Part shown: positions 37,271-49,717 of the stretch, piece after piece
How the letters are laid out: each line of letters begins with the position of its first letter
Position numbering within the stretch: the first letter of the stretch is position 1
Assembly (NCBI GenBank): GCA_973895155.1
Contig: OZ316897.1
Location: 646,515-710,514 of the forward strand
Direction of reading: 5' to 3'
Length of the DNA: 64,000 nt
DNA from: Marsupella aquatica
Taxonomy: Eukaryota > Plantae > Marchantiophyta
Translations under genes and position numbers: made by a program
The notes under the pieces: model-generated
Told to the model about the DNA's origin: nothing
What the model saw: the letters and a program-made list of their open reading frames with translations, nothing else
The model's database searches: none

Positions 37271-40200
37271 CGTGTTCCCATCGATGATTTCGCCTAGTGG
37301 TCAATCAAACGTCAACTTTGGGCTTCGGAGCCCTTTGGCTCGAATGCAGTGTGAGGTTGCTGGATCTTTGGTAGGACGACCATTTCAAAAGGGAGGAAGG
37401 AGATCAAGTGTCACAAATGCTGCAGGTGTCCATCAAATGCCTCACAGATTGTTGCGAAGTGCGTTGCCACAAACTTGCCCCAAAAATTCAAGGCTAGAAG
37501 GAAAATTGAAGGTTGTTCAAAGACTATTCAATGGTCAGGATGATCCCTCTAGTCGAGATGAGACACCAAGGCAAGGATCACACTTTCAGAGACAAGTGGG
37601 GGATACTCCGATAGAAGCAAGGAATATCGGTAGAAGATTTCAAACAAGAAATCTTCGGGTACCAATTGCTTTTCCAGAAGAATCTAAAGAAGAATCAGAG
37701 GTACCAGCCGATGTCGTAGAGGATGCCATAGGGACTGTTGAAATCTCAAATATTGTTAAAGAGATCCTTGGTCGCGAGAGTGCTCACGAACCAGTCTTAG
37801 AAAATGTAGAGAGTGAAAGTCATACCGGAGAAAATCAAGATACTTTTGTTTTAAGTTCAATGAGTCCCATGGAAACTAGTGGAGGAGTGAATTCTCCCAA
37901 CACAATACAGGATAGAATAGAGGTGAGAAGACCAAGCAAAAAAATTAGAGACCAGATGATTCAAAAAGATAGGCTTATCAATGCGAACTTGAAAAAACAA
38001 AAAATTAAAGATATTTTTAAGTATTCTTGTTGTGACAAGTTTTGCTTGAGGTCTTTAGGTCTAGAAGAATGTTGGAAACAACGTAGGTATTATTTTGGTC
38101 TCTCATACTCACAAAAAAACATTCTTTTGCGAGGATGTATTATGAGTAATTATAATACTTCCCGTGGATATAGTGTGAATGGACAAACTATTTGTAGAGG
38201 AGGTTTCAAGAAATTATATTCCATAGGGAATAATAGGTTGGCTACAATCCATGCAAACATGTTCACCAGGATTGAACGAGATACATTCTGTAAGGAAGAC
38301 TCACCTTCATTTCTCAACTTGGTGGAATGGTTGAAAGATTTCTTTCAAAGAAACATGGATAGTCTTCCTCATAAAGAAATTCATCACTTGCCAGACAATT
38401 GGACAAAGCAAGAGATTCATGAAATCTTTCTTGCCAAAACAATCTTGCGGGAAGAGCAATATGTTACATATTCTTATTTCTAGCGCGTTTGGAAGAAGAA
38501 GTTTTCAAATGTGCGGATTCCCAAAAGGAGTCGTTTTTCCACTTGTGGTCCATGTACCGAATTCAAGGCTCTTTGAGACAAAGCAACGACAGAAGAAGAT
38601 AAAAGTAAGTTCATTGTAACCTCACATTTGTGTCTAAGTAAGATAGTGATAAGTTAGACACAATGATGAATAGATAATTTATTGATTACGCATGATTGTA
38701 TTATTGCAGGAAAGTATATCAACACTCTTATGGAGCATCAAAGAGTACAATCACTCGAGAGGATGAAGTTGGCAAAGCATCGAAAGAAATGCTATGATGA
38801 ACCCAACAAGTATTTGGGTATTTGTATTGACGGTATGGATCAAAAGAAAACTGAGCTGCCACATTTTATTCGTTGTCCAAAGAACATGGATGAGAAATAT
38901 TTCATCCCTATCCATGTTGTGGGTTGTCTTATCTTTAATAGAAAGCTTGTAGCAAAAGTTTTTCTGACCTACCCCAACATCCACAATGATGCAAATCTCA
39001 CCATTCATGTTATTCAAAATATTTTGAATACATGGGATGGGATACTGCCACGGGTATTATATCTTCAATTGGATAATACCACTAGGGAGAACAAGAATAA
39101 ATTCTTGATGGCTTATCTACACATGTTGGTAGATTTAAAGGTTTTTGACAAGATAAAAGTTGGTTTTTTGTTGGTTGGTCATACACATGACCAAATAGAT
39201 CAGATGTTTAGCAAGTTCTCATCTAGATTAAACAAGCTGCATAAAGCATTTCGCTTAGATACTCTTGTGGATATTATACAACGGGCATATTCTCCTCAAG
39301 CAGATGTAATTTTTGTGGATGAAGTTGCAGACTTCAGAAAATTTGTGAATGAGACCGACCAACCAAATGACAACGGAGTTTCAGGTCGAGTTTTGAGAGA
39401 TCTCAACCTCATAACTTTTCAAAGGCAATTCAGATTCAAGCGAGGCATTGTAGATGATAACGAAGTGACCATGTTTCATGGGAAACATCTATCTACAACC
39501 TCTGATTGGGGAGACGTGGTAGCATTTGTCAACTACATCCCCACTTCAAGAATGTGGGTTGCAGCACAGATGTCACTAAAGTCAGCAAAAGGTGTTGAAC
39601 GAGATGATGATCTGATGGACTCAAATGGTGCATTATCCATTCTGGTGAAATATCAAAAAGCAATTCAAGAGGGATTCAATTACTTTGACGATGAAGATAA
39701 ACTATGGTGGATGACATTCTTTGAGAAGCAAAATGATGTTATCAAAAACCACTTAGAGGAGGGTGAGTGGTTATTTAAATGGGTTTGGCCACAACAAAAT
39801 GAAAGGCGTGGACTTGGTGGTGTGTCAACAAATCAGATTTTGACGTCCGAAGATGTTGACCCAACTCTAGTTGATAAAGTTGCAGGACCACAGAGGATTA
39901 TGTACTCAGGTCCTCGACGAAAGCAACCTGAACTTGGGGATTTCAAAGATATGGAAGCGAACAACAAATGGTCAATGATATGCGTAGCAGCACACAAAGA
40001 TCCAGAAGGCAAGTTATTTTGGATGGCAAAGGTGTCAAAGATTTTGACAAAAAGAGAAGACATTCCGGAAAGAATCAAAATCACATGGTACACAACTAAG
40101 GCAAGTGCTGAGACTGCAATTGATGGAAAATATTTTCCAGAAAAAGATAATGTATCTAATAGACTTCGTCAAGATGAACTAGTTTTGTCATCAACAGCGA

Positions 40201-40310
40201 TATATGCATACAATTTTGCACTTTTGACAAATAACCAAATAGCAGCAAAAACAAAGAAGATCATAGAGGCTGCTATTTTAGAGCAAGGTTCTGTATCTTC
40301 AGAAGATTGA
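36219..40310 (+). pseudogene. Sola-like DDE transposase
   Basis: IDGMDQ, LYLQLDNTTRENKN, FLLVGHTHDQIDQMFS. Cys clusters CCDKFC and FSTCGPC. One frame from 36219 with stops at 37137, 38481 and 38574. Phase-1 intron 38605-38709. Confidence 0.85.
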
Positions 40311-40329
40311 GTTTCATTTACTAATTAAA

Positions 40330-41333
40330 CTAGGCTGATACATGTATTAATTTCATAACTCTATCTCTGATCACCTTTCGCAGATGACATGCTTGTGTGG
40401 GGTTGTACCAATCTCTTGTAAATAAAGACTCTGCGGGTACAGATTTTGAATTATTCCATTGAACTCTAATTTCATCCATGTTGTGCAGGACAAATAAACC
40501 ACAATCTGTGGTATTTGGTTGTTGTGGCACCTGATAAAAAACATGGTGTATTTTAGTACAATTTATAGATATGTTTTTGAACCCAAAAAGAATTTAAAAT
40601 GAAACAAATTACATACCTTTGGATTCCACATCTCCATAACACCCAATGGCACTTTTCCAAAAAATAGTTCTCATTCTATTGTGAAATATCTGCAAGTCAT
40701 TGAAAGTGATTCCTTAGTTAAAGTAGCATTTATAATCACATGAATTAAATAATCTCATTTGAAAAACAAATAGTACTAGAAGATAAAGTTAAGTCTTTCA
40801 CCTTTTCAGTGCCAATTCAATTACATGAGTTTCATGTAGACCAGCAAGTGAGTCTAGATGATACATTTGGATCAAAGATTGAGATCGATCCAAACATATG
40901 ACAACCAAACTCCAATGGCCACTCATGTGAATTGGCATAAGAATAACCTCAATCTTGGAAAATGGTGGCTTGTAATAACCTCACATTTTCTGCAAAGATT
41001 CTTTAAGGGATTCATGTGTGGGTTCTTTTTCAATCCTTGATGCCATCCAAGGATAAAAAAGGAGGATAACGTGTTTACCATTGGAGCAAGATCTCCTTGT
41101 TCTTCTGTTTGGGTCTTTGGGTAAAATTCCATAATTTCGTCACCCAAATATTGGTCGGGTTCAAGTTGTTCCAATGTTTCTTGATTGAGGAGATGACCAA
41201 CAAAAGGATTGTGCAAAAATCTATGAAAAACACTTTTCAATTCAATAACCTCCTTTGGTGGATCCTGCAAGGACATTATTGTCACATAAGAACATATAAA
41301 TCTCTTGGAATATTTCAAGAAGTTCATATACAA
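40330..41333 (-). pseudogene. Ulp1/SENP-type C48 cysteine protease
   Basis: YLGDEIMEFY, MPIHMSGHWSLVVI, HLDSL, VPQQPNTTDCGLFVL (His-Asp-Cys triad). Two GT-AG introns (~40801-40690, ~40616-40531). Frameshift near 40960. Confidence 0.85.
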
Positions 41334-41377
41334 TTTGGGGAAATCTCATTTGCAGCAATCTAATCTCAAAATAATCT

Positions 41378-44300
41378 CTACACCTCGAGGAATGAGCCAA
41401 GATCTAATGCCGGAGCTTCTGCTTCCTCTTCCTCCTGCTCCTCGTCTTCATCTACATCATCATCATTCTCAGCCGTGGTTGTAATGATGCAAGGTCCGGT
41501 GGTGAGAGTGCTTGTCATACCACCAATCGGTGGTTGTATCTCAAAACTCATCGGCCCTGTACCCTCCTCAATTGCTTCCTCATTCAAGTCCCATGATTCA
41601 TCCAGCGTGACTAGTCGAGTCTGGATACAGTCTATTTGTTGAGCACTCAACTCCACAGCTGTAACATGTCGCTTTGCCAACAAAGCCCCACACAAAGTGG
41701 ACCCACTTCCGGCGCATAAATCAGCAATCCAATCTCCTTCTTCACTAAAATGCTTGATGAACCAGTCTGCGAGGGCTATCGGCTTCTGATACGGATTCAC
41801 TACTTCCCCTAAGGGTGTTACACATTTTTTGGTAACACAAGGAACCTTGATGATGTTGATTCTTTTCTCATCATGCTCGAAATTGTACATTTCCCTGGTC
41901 CTGATACCACCTTCATTATAATATCCAATGGACCAGTTCTCAAACGCCCAAGCTAGCCTATTCCCGGAGGGGTGTGCATGTACATTTGGCTTCTCCCAAA
42001 TTCTTGCCTCAACTCCAGCGTTGCAAGTCTTTCCCAAAGCATTCAAAACGGAGACACTTTGTTGCAGCGAATGAATAACAACAAACCTCCACATAGGTGA
42101 AGTAGTCACCTCAGCAAAACATTTCACCATATCAATAATATCTTTCTCTGAAAATGGAACTTCATCATTCTCAGAGCCAATGGCATTGAATCCATAAGGA
42201 ATGTCGGCGACTGCAAGTGTGTAAGGCCGTTTCTCCAAGAACCTATCAAGCGCTCGGACATCTCCACAGTGGAGAGTGTAGTTGATGAAATTTCCATCAG
42301 AATTTTTCCAACGGTGGTCGCTTGATTCCGCTTGAACAGTATCGATACCAATCCGACGATTATAATTCTCAATAGCTTCCTGAACCATATTCTTAAAACC
42401 AGGGGGGATAACATCGGAACTAAGCTCCTCCTCAACAGTCTCCTCGCCATCATTTGACACTTGAACCATTTTGTTCTTCTTCTTCGAGAAGGCTTTCAAC
42501 TATAAAACATCAAGGCAGCAGCGTTAAATATGCACTGAATACCAAGAGGGATACCGAGTCTCCCATTCGGTATTCGACTAAAAAAATCCAGTGAATCATG
42601 CTTCTAACCCTCAAACTCCAACTTGAATCCCGAATGGGATACGGGGTATCCCATTGGGGATTCCACCTAGGGAAACTCAAAGGAACAAAGCATACACAGC
42701 CAAAACCCGGGGTTGAATGCCAAACGGGATACGGGGTATCCCATTTGGGATTCCACCTAGGGAAACTGAAAGGAACAAAGCATACACAGCCAAAACCCGG
42801 GGTTGAATGCCAAACGGGATACGGGGTATCCCATTTTGGATTCCACCTAGGGAAAATCAAAGGAACAACGCTAACACGGCCAAAACCCGGGGTCGAATCC
42901 GAAATGGGATACGGGGTATCCCATTTCGGATTCCACCCAGACAAAAGAAAGAAACAACTTGAATGGAGCCAGAATCGATTGTGAATCCCAAATGGGATAC
43001 GCGTATCCAGTTTTGAATTCAACCTTTGAAAACACAAAATCAACTTACCACATCCGAGAGTTTTCCACTCCATCTTTCGAGCTCCGCAGACTGCGTCTCT
43101 TTGGGAAACATCTGTTTACAAGTCGCCCAGTCTGGTTGGCCAGACAATTGCACAAACAGTTTACTGATCTTCACAAGCTTCTTGTAACTTTCGGCCTCTT
43201 TGGCCATTTGCTCTAGACTGATCATTCGATCCTTGACTCGAAGGAGAAGGGATTCCAAAAACCGGTCGTGCTCAATCCCTTGGATCGCTCTCCAAGGTGT
43301 CAACGCTAGCCCATTTGCTAGCTTGTTCAAAGGTTTCACGACGGGCATGGCCTTTTGCTTGGACCCTTTCTTCACAATCTTCATAGGGGATTTTTGTTTG
43401 GTCTGCCCCTTGATCTCAAATCTGTTCCACATGTCAAAGATCTGGTCTTGGAGGTCCCAAACTTTTCCTGATCTAAATGATATCTGGAAAAGTGGTTCAT
43501 GCTTCTTCAATGTTTTCCCAACCCCTGGAATGAAGCCATCAAGACACACCTCCGACGCACACGCCTCTCTAGTCTCTTTTGTTTTTTGCATACCTCTCGC
43601 AATGAAGACCTTATGCATCGTTCGGATTTGATCAATATTGTTCATCTTTTTCCGATACTCCTGGTCAATATTGTGTTGGATACTGAGTTTCTGGACGTCG
43701 GCCCTTGTAAGCCCTGCATAGACCCAGGCTTGAAGTTTGTTGAAGATTTCCCGACCATAAGCCTCAAACAATTCTCTCTTGGCTCGGGCTCCGTGATTAC
43801 CTCCAATTACCCGGTACCTCCAGGTCAATGCCTTGGCCGGGTCCCAGTCTTCAACGGACGGACAATCTTCAGGGATAACAAACAGCACAAATGGCGTTGT
43901 GAAATTTGTTGGATTGAGCTTCATCAAAGTTTTGATATTTTCGACGTGCAAACGATCAACAGTCCGAACCAACGTGGAGTTCTCATCCTTCATGTCATCG
44001 ACCAGGAGGAGGTTTGTTGTTTTCAGAATGACTGTGGTCTTCTGAACTCTTTTTGTCTCCATTAATCGAGACACTTCTTCCCTTAGAACTGACGTCTCCT
44101 CACGTTGCAGGGCCGTAGTCAGTTCATTCGTTGAATCTTCCTTGCTCTCAACAATCATCGGACCCTTCCCTTTCAATGCAACGGATGGCCCACCTTGTGA
44201 AGTTGGAGGAATCTCATCTACCGATCTCAAAGGCGAAGGGGGAGTTGTTGACACTACTCTCTTTTGGATTTCTCGTCGATCCAACTTAGTCTTCTTTTTC

Positions 44301-45007
44301 AGAGGATCTTCGGAGACAGTGGCACCTGATCCTTCCCCAGATTTTCCAACAGATGTTGCTGGTGCTTTCTTCTTGTTCTTTGGCTCGGAAACTGCCTGCT
44401 CTTTTGTTGTGGTTGTCTCCGAACCCTCCACTGTCCCAGACGGATTAGTTGGCCTATGTATCTTCAACTTCAATGGAGTTCTTTCGGGACCCTTAAAGTC
44501 TTCTCCAACCACTGAGCGATACGCAATGTTGGTGAAGTCCCGCACCACCTTCCACAACGTGAAGACATAATTCAAGCACCAAAACGAAAATTCATCCACA
44601 TCAGGCGCCTCCGCCACGAGCTGAGTGATCGGGTCTTCTGGAAATGTATTCATGGAGACTCGATCAAGTTTCTCATAGTTGAGAACCAACACAGAGAAGG
44701 TCTTGTCAACACCAATGCAAAGAAACATTGGTACCCTTGTAACTTTCTTGGTTTTTGTATCAACGATGTCCGCCTCGGCCGTGTCAATCACCAATCCTTG
44801 GTGGCAATGCTCTTTACCCTTCACGACAATCAACCATAACGTTGGGCCTGCATATGCTCGATGAAGATCAAGCTCATGAGCATCACACAAATACCACTTG
44901 TTCCTGAGGAATTTCTCCTCAACATAGAGATCCTTTTTCCAGATTTCATCAATGATGGCTTGTCGGGAAGAGCCAGAGGAACCCGAAGCACTTGACTTGT
45001 TCGACAT
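41378..45007 (-). CDS. ParB/Srx-like domain fused to a beta-class N6-adenine/N4-cytosine DNA methyltransferase (~1026 aa; exons 45007-43049 and 42499-41378)
   Basis: Exon 1: VRTVDRLHVENIK..PFVLFV..YRVIGGNHGARA. Exon 2: LHCGD, ADIPYG (motif IV), IWEKP, PYQKPIAL, DWIADLCAGSGST (motif I), AVELS. Phase-0 intron GTAAGT..TTTTATAG (43048-42500) joins LSDV|LKAF. No stops. Confidence 0.88.
42545..43010. repeat. 90-bp tandem repeat in the MTase intron, each unit with a GGGATAC-GGG-GTATCCC palindrome
   Basis: Units at ~42634, 42724, 42814, 42904; degenerate copies at ~42549 and 42993. Confidence 0.9.
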
Positions 45008-47554
45008 CCTGCGCAAAACAAACCACATGTTAGAATTTCAAGCCTAATATGGTCCACTTGGGCAACAAGTCCATAATCCAATATGTGAATGTGAGATTAG
45101 ATGTTGGCACTACGGAGGAGAAAATTGAATATTGGGAAACTGAGGTCGAGGAGCGACAAAGTTTAACGGCTGAAGTGGGGAAAGAATAGTGAACTGCCTT
45201 ATGAGAAGTTGAGGAGTTGGAGTTACCTTTAACTGAATCTCGGTTCTCAATCAATGAGTGCTCGAGACAAAAAGAACTGGTGGCGCTAGGTGGCTGAAGG
45301 ACACGTTGTTGACAATAAATGAAGAAAAGAAACGATTGATGAGTGGGAGGCGTCACAGGTTCCAGAGGATTAAAAATCTCATGTGAGAATCGAAGTGCAC
45401 AAGGGAGGAACAAACAAAGAGCGATGGGTGCTGAATAAGGATCATGGCAAAACAAAAGTAATACTGGAGATTTTTGGATTTGATTAATGGAACATATAGC
45501 TCTATTGAAACAAGGCTGCGAGACGGAAAGTAGTTGACAGGATTGAAAAGTGAGAACCCACTCCCGTTCTTTCAACAACACAAATTGAAGTTCTTAAACT
45601 GCCAATAGCATGTGGCAGGCTGGCGACCCATGGCAAAAAGGCAGAGCAGCAATCCACCGTAGCGATAGACAAGACCAGCGCGTGACGACGACAACAAAAG
45701 ATGGTCAATCCAAAAAGCTACTAACTCTCACCTTTGTGCAACAACTCCTGCCTTGTACAGAGCTTGCATTGGCCCACTCTAAGCTCCTAGGTTTCAGCTC
45801 AATGAAGGCCTTTGTCCAATGTAGCTAGTAACAGCAACTGGAAGTCTCGCTCCGAGATGGCACGGCTTCCACTCCAAGCTCCCTAAAAGATTGATGCCTC
45901 AACTCCAAGTCGTCAGCTCCCAAACGCAACGCCCTAAGCCTACACACCGTGGTTGATTAGCTCACCAAGAGCTTGCGGAAACAATGACCTCCCCTCTGAA
46001 ACTGATCAAAAGACCTGAATACAAATAGTGAAAGCAGGAGGACAGAACAGGGAGAAGCCTTTCACAGTTTGGGACGGCAAGGCTAGGAGTGTCTACACTT
46101 TAGGCAACAGGAAGGTCCGACCTTTGCTTCAAAAAGCGCAACCAAAAACCAAAATCCGGGTCCAATAACAGTCATCAGTAGGATGAAGTTCAACCCCTAA
46201 AGTGGCAACATTGCCATACTTTGCTTCCTCACCCGACAGCGCTAGGCATTCCACCTCCATTGAACCTCTTCAATGAGCCTCACAACAGCTTCAAGGTTGT
46301 AGATTTTACCTCTTCTCCTGAGCAACAACGTCTGCATCAGCTTAACAGAGCTATGGCATTTCACCTCCCGCCTCCAAAGATGAGCGCAACACAACCTCCA
46401 ACTCCCAATGGCAGCTCAGTAGGTTGATCAGTGAGTATTAACTGAATGTAGTAGTTCAGTTTAGCTCAGTCAATGCAGCTCGATCAGTCAACCTCAAAAG
46501 CCACACTAGAAGCTCACCGCAAGTCACTCAAAGGCCAGACTAGAAACTCCAATGTCTCAGGCCTGGATCCCGTTCTTTCAACAACACAAACCTCTTGCTT
46601 CCCACTGTCTGACTTAAGAAATTGAAAGGGCATGGCGACAGAAGCAGTCATTTACATTGAAAACTTACCTTGAACTGACAGGACGCTCTAGGATGGGCCA
46701 CGCTCCCGGGACTATCCCACACTCTTAGGCAAAATCCTTTGTGCAATGCTCAAACCAAAATCCACCTGCTGTCTCCGCCTGAACTGGAAGCCGTCAGGCC
46801 CTCGCTCGCAATGCCCTAAAGTTGTCAAGCAACGGCCGGGGCAATGGGAGCACAAACATAAGGACGCCGAAGAGGTCCCCCACCTCACTCACATCGCCCA
46901 ACGACCAACAAAAGCAAGAGGACAGGACAGGGAGAACCCTTTTGTAGCTTGTAACTAAACTGGCTGCCAAAACCAAGGAGTCCTTGCGACATCAATCACG
47001 CAATGCAAACAAAGGGCCCGGTTGGCGTTGCAGCTACAATGATCCACCTCTGCCTACACAGTCGACCTTCAAGATCACACCCTAAACTTTGTGAGACCTC
47101 CACAAATACCAAGCGCCCTTGAACAATCGACCAATGACCTTCAACCCTGCCACTATCGCAATGAGCTCTCCGTTGTTGACTCCCTCAATGTTCACCCTAA
47201 ACCTTCAACACTCCCGCATTTGGTGAGAAAAAAGATCGCGATTGTCTCCCTTGTGAGTCAAGGATTTTTGCTGTTTACAATGAACCCGAGGGTTTGCTTC
47301 ACAAAAACCCGCGCTTTGCTTCACAAAAACCCACGCTTTGCTAGGAAGGTCTTGTGCACACTAACTAAATCCCGAACGGACACTTAGTGGCAGACGCACG
47401 CTGACTAAACCCTGAAATAGTTGGGATTATTTTTGTTATGTTGTAACACCTAACTTGTGGCATGCATATCATGATGATTCAGACTACTCTAATGTTGCAC
47501 CGGAGTCACTTAATGCAGGCTTTCAGTTGCATGAACTGTTGGAATCCTTCGCAC

Positions 47555-47684
47555 AATATGGTGGTTGGCGGGAAGGAATACATTCAACCTTGGTTATTTG
47601 ATACCTTGAAAGGTACCTCAATATGGTGGTTGGCGGGAAGGAATACATTCAACCTTGGTTATTTGATACCTTTAAAGGTACCTC
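47555..47684. repeat. 65-bp tandem duplication
   Basis: aatatggtggttggcgggaagg...aaaggtacctc occurs twice with one mismatch. Confidence 0.9.
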
Positions 47685-48061
47685 GATGGAACGATGTGTG
47701 GAGGGGGAAAACATGCCCAATTATAGGGCATGGAAATAAGCCTAAATAACTTGCATGCATGCCCTAGCTAGCTAGCTAGCTTGCATATATATGTGATGCT
47801 GAAATTGGTGAAAACCACACCTGTCGGCACGTCTAATAGCTCTAATGTAGAGTCACTTGTATAACTATAACCTAATTGCCTTAAGTGTGTTATATTTGCA
47901 ACTTCCCAAATAGTTGTAAACATGACTACCCAAAACTTGCCCAAAACTCAGTCAACAAGGTGTGACTAATATGACACCAACAACCTTGGAGTCGCTTATT
48001 GAAGAAGGTCTCATACAAGTCATGTAGGGGAGGGTCTCAGAATGGGTGGGTTTCTTCTAGT

Positions 48062-49717
48062 GTCATGTGTAGGGTAGTCTGTATGAAGTTAAGCCGCTCT
48101 ATACAAACTAAGTTGGTACATGATCCCTACTTATACCCGTTGTCCGTCTTTCCCTCGGGTTTGAAGTGCCGGGGTGTATACTCCTTATCCCAAATTCGGA
48201 GTTCAACCAACACAGGCAAGGTTGGCAGACAAAATATATGTGCCAACTGATACTCCGTAAGTGATAGGGTCTGTCCTGAAACCTTGGTGGCTGCCGCATC
48301 AATGTCAAAGTTGGAGATGAACTCATAAACCTCCTTTGGCCCGGCTACACTAGGCCTCCATAGCAAGTGAGCAAACTTCTCCAACTGATGCTCCTTAAGG
48401 TAGCCCGCCTGGTCTGGTTTCTTGATGGCGGTCCAGACTATTTTGGGGATGCGGATTACCTGCAATAGGTCCGACTGTCGATGGTTGGAGGGCCATCGGG
48501 ACTGGTTGGTCGGCGGGTTGGCTGGGGTGGGAACGGGGGCGACATTAGTCCGCGCGGTTGGTTTTGGACCCTGCGTATTCCTTGCCCGCTTACGGGAGTG
48601 TTGCTCCAATTGCGGACTAACTCGTCCGTCAAAACCTGAAGAGCACTCGGTGTTGTTCACCGGACGGACCTAGGTTTGGTTTGGCGGTACGCCGGTAGTC
48701 GTAGGCCAAGTGGTCGGGGGTGCCGTCGGAGTAGCCATATCCCAATCGAAGGTGTTGGAGCTTTCCTCGAGAAACGTGAGATTACGCACCACTTCCTGTT
48801 GTCTACTGATGTCTTCTTCACGCTTCTTGGCTACAATCTGCTGGTCGATGTAACCCGAAATCTTGTTGAACTCCGCTTGAGTGAGCTTTTGGCTGCCCTT
48901 CAGCCTAAAGAACTTTGTGGGGACTTCAAGAATTGCCTTTGCTACCGATCTAAGTCCCTCCTCGCTGAGATATAGCTCGGTGATGTAGTCCCGCAGCTCG
49001 TTGTAGCTCAAATCCCTGGTGATGGCTATCTTCTCACAGTTAACCTGTGCTACCTTGGCCACCAACTTCGCGTATCTTTGTTCGTAGGCGGCTTTCTTGG
49101 GGCAAGAGTACCAATAAGTCTCGAAGAACTTAGCACCTACCTCGCCAAACAAGGTCCAAAATTCCAAGGCTGTAAGGGTCATACTAACCTTGCAATCTGG
49201 TTTGTCAAGTCTGCATCCCCGCCCGACAGTTTTGCTTGCTGGTGGAGGCCTTCCTCACCCTGACTAAATCTTGCCACAATCCGCTCTTAACCTTCGATAA
49301 TTTCCCATAAAAGTTAGCTCGATCTGAGCAAAATGCGAGAGTGGGTGGCAGCGTCCGTGAATTCCAAAAACTATGAATGAGAAAATGGGTTGCGGCGCCA
49401 TCGACTCAGCTCTTATGGAGGTGCCAGGGTGAGCTCAAGCGTGAGAAGGCGAGGCCATTTTAGTCATCAATACTGGCTCGAAGTTGGGTGTCTTGGTCCA
49501 AGCGTGATCTCCTAACGGATTTTTACTCCGCCGCCGCCACCGTACCTCAGCCGATTGTTATAACTTCCTTTCCTTAATTCATAATCATTCAGTCAACTAA
49601 CCTACTCCTAATCTATTCATAATGGCAAAGTCGGCTATTCGTACTACTCTACGCTACGGCTACGGTCCTAATGACCGTATAAGTCCTAATCTAGGATTGG
49701 CGTCCTATTTAGTGACA
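48062..49717 (-). mobile_element. Truncated ORF-bearing LTR (unit D)
   Basis: Begins TGTCAC on the minus strand at 49717. ORFs 49182-48670 and 48660-48127 contain YLKEHQLEKFAHLLW..VYEFISNFD..TKVSGQTLSLTEYQLAHIFCLP..DNGY, homologous to the unit A ORF. Similarity ends at TTLHM (~48064). Confidence 0.65.

Larger units (their letters stand above)
35141..45600 (+). mobile_element. Sola-like DDE DNA transposon with cargo genes; boundaries approximate, right TIR not found
   Basis: Transposase motifs. Abrupt junction with the TnpA-like gene at ~35141 after TTAA. A shared palindrome family links the left non-coding end, the transposase and the MTase intron. Confidence 0.65.

Noticed and set aside
42545-43010. 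Palindromic repeats resembling a CRISPR array
   Set aside because: The intervening sequences are near-identical rather than unique spacers, the array lies in a spliceosomal intron, and no cas genes are present.
42510-43073. 187-aa and 128-aa repetitive ORFs
   Set aside because: They are by-products of the 90-bp intronic repeat.
41378-45028. Bacterial or phage contamination explaining the ParB-MTase
   Set aside because: The gene has a canonical GT-AG intron, shares repeats with a spliced transposase, and is embedded among plant TEs.
45600-47440. Right terminus of the Sola-like element
   Set aside because: No reverse complement of the left-junction sequence (caacacgatgaccgaccaaacgag) was found by eye.
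47442-48061. Possible additional LTR starting TGTAACACC
   Set aside because: No matching end, TSD or second copy in the window.
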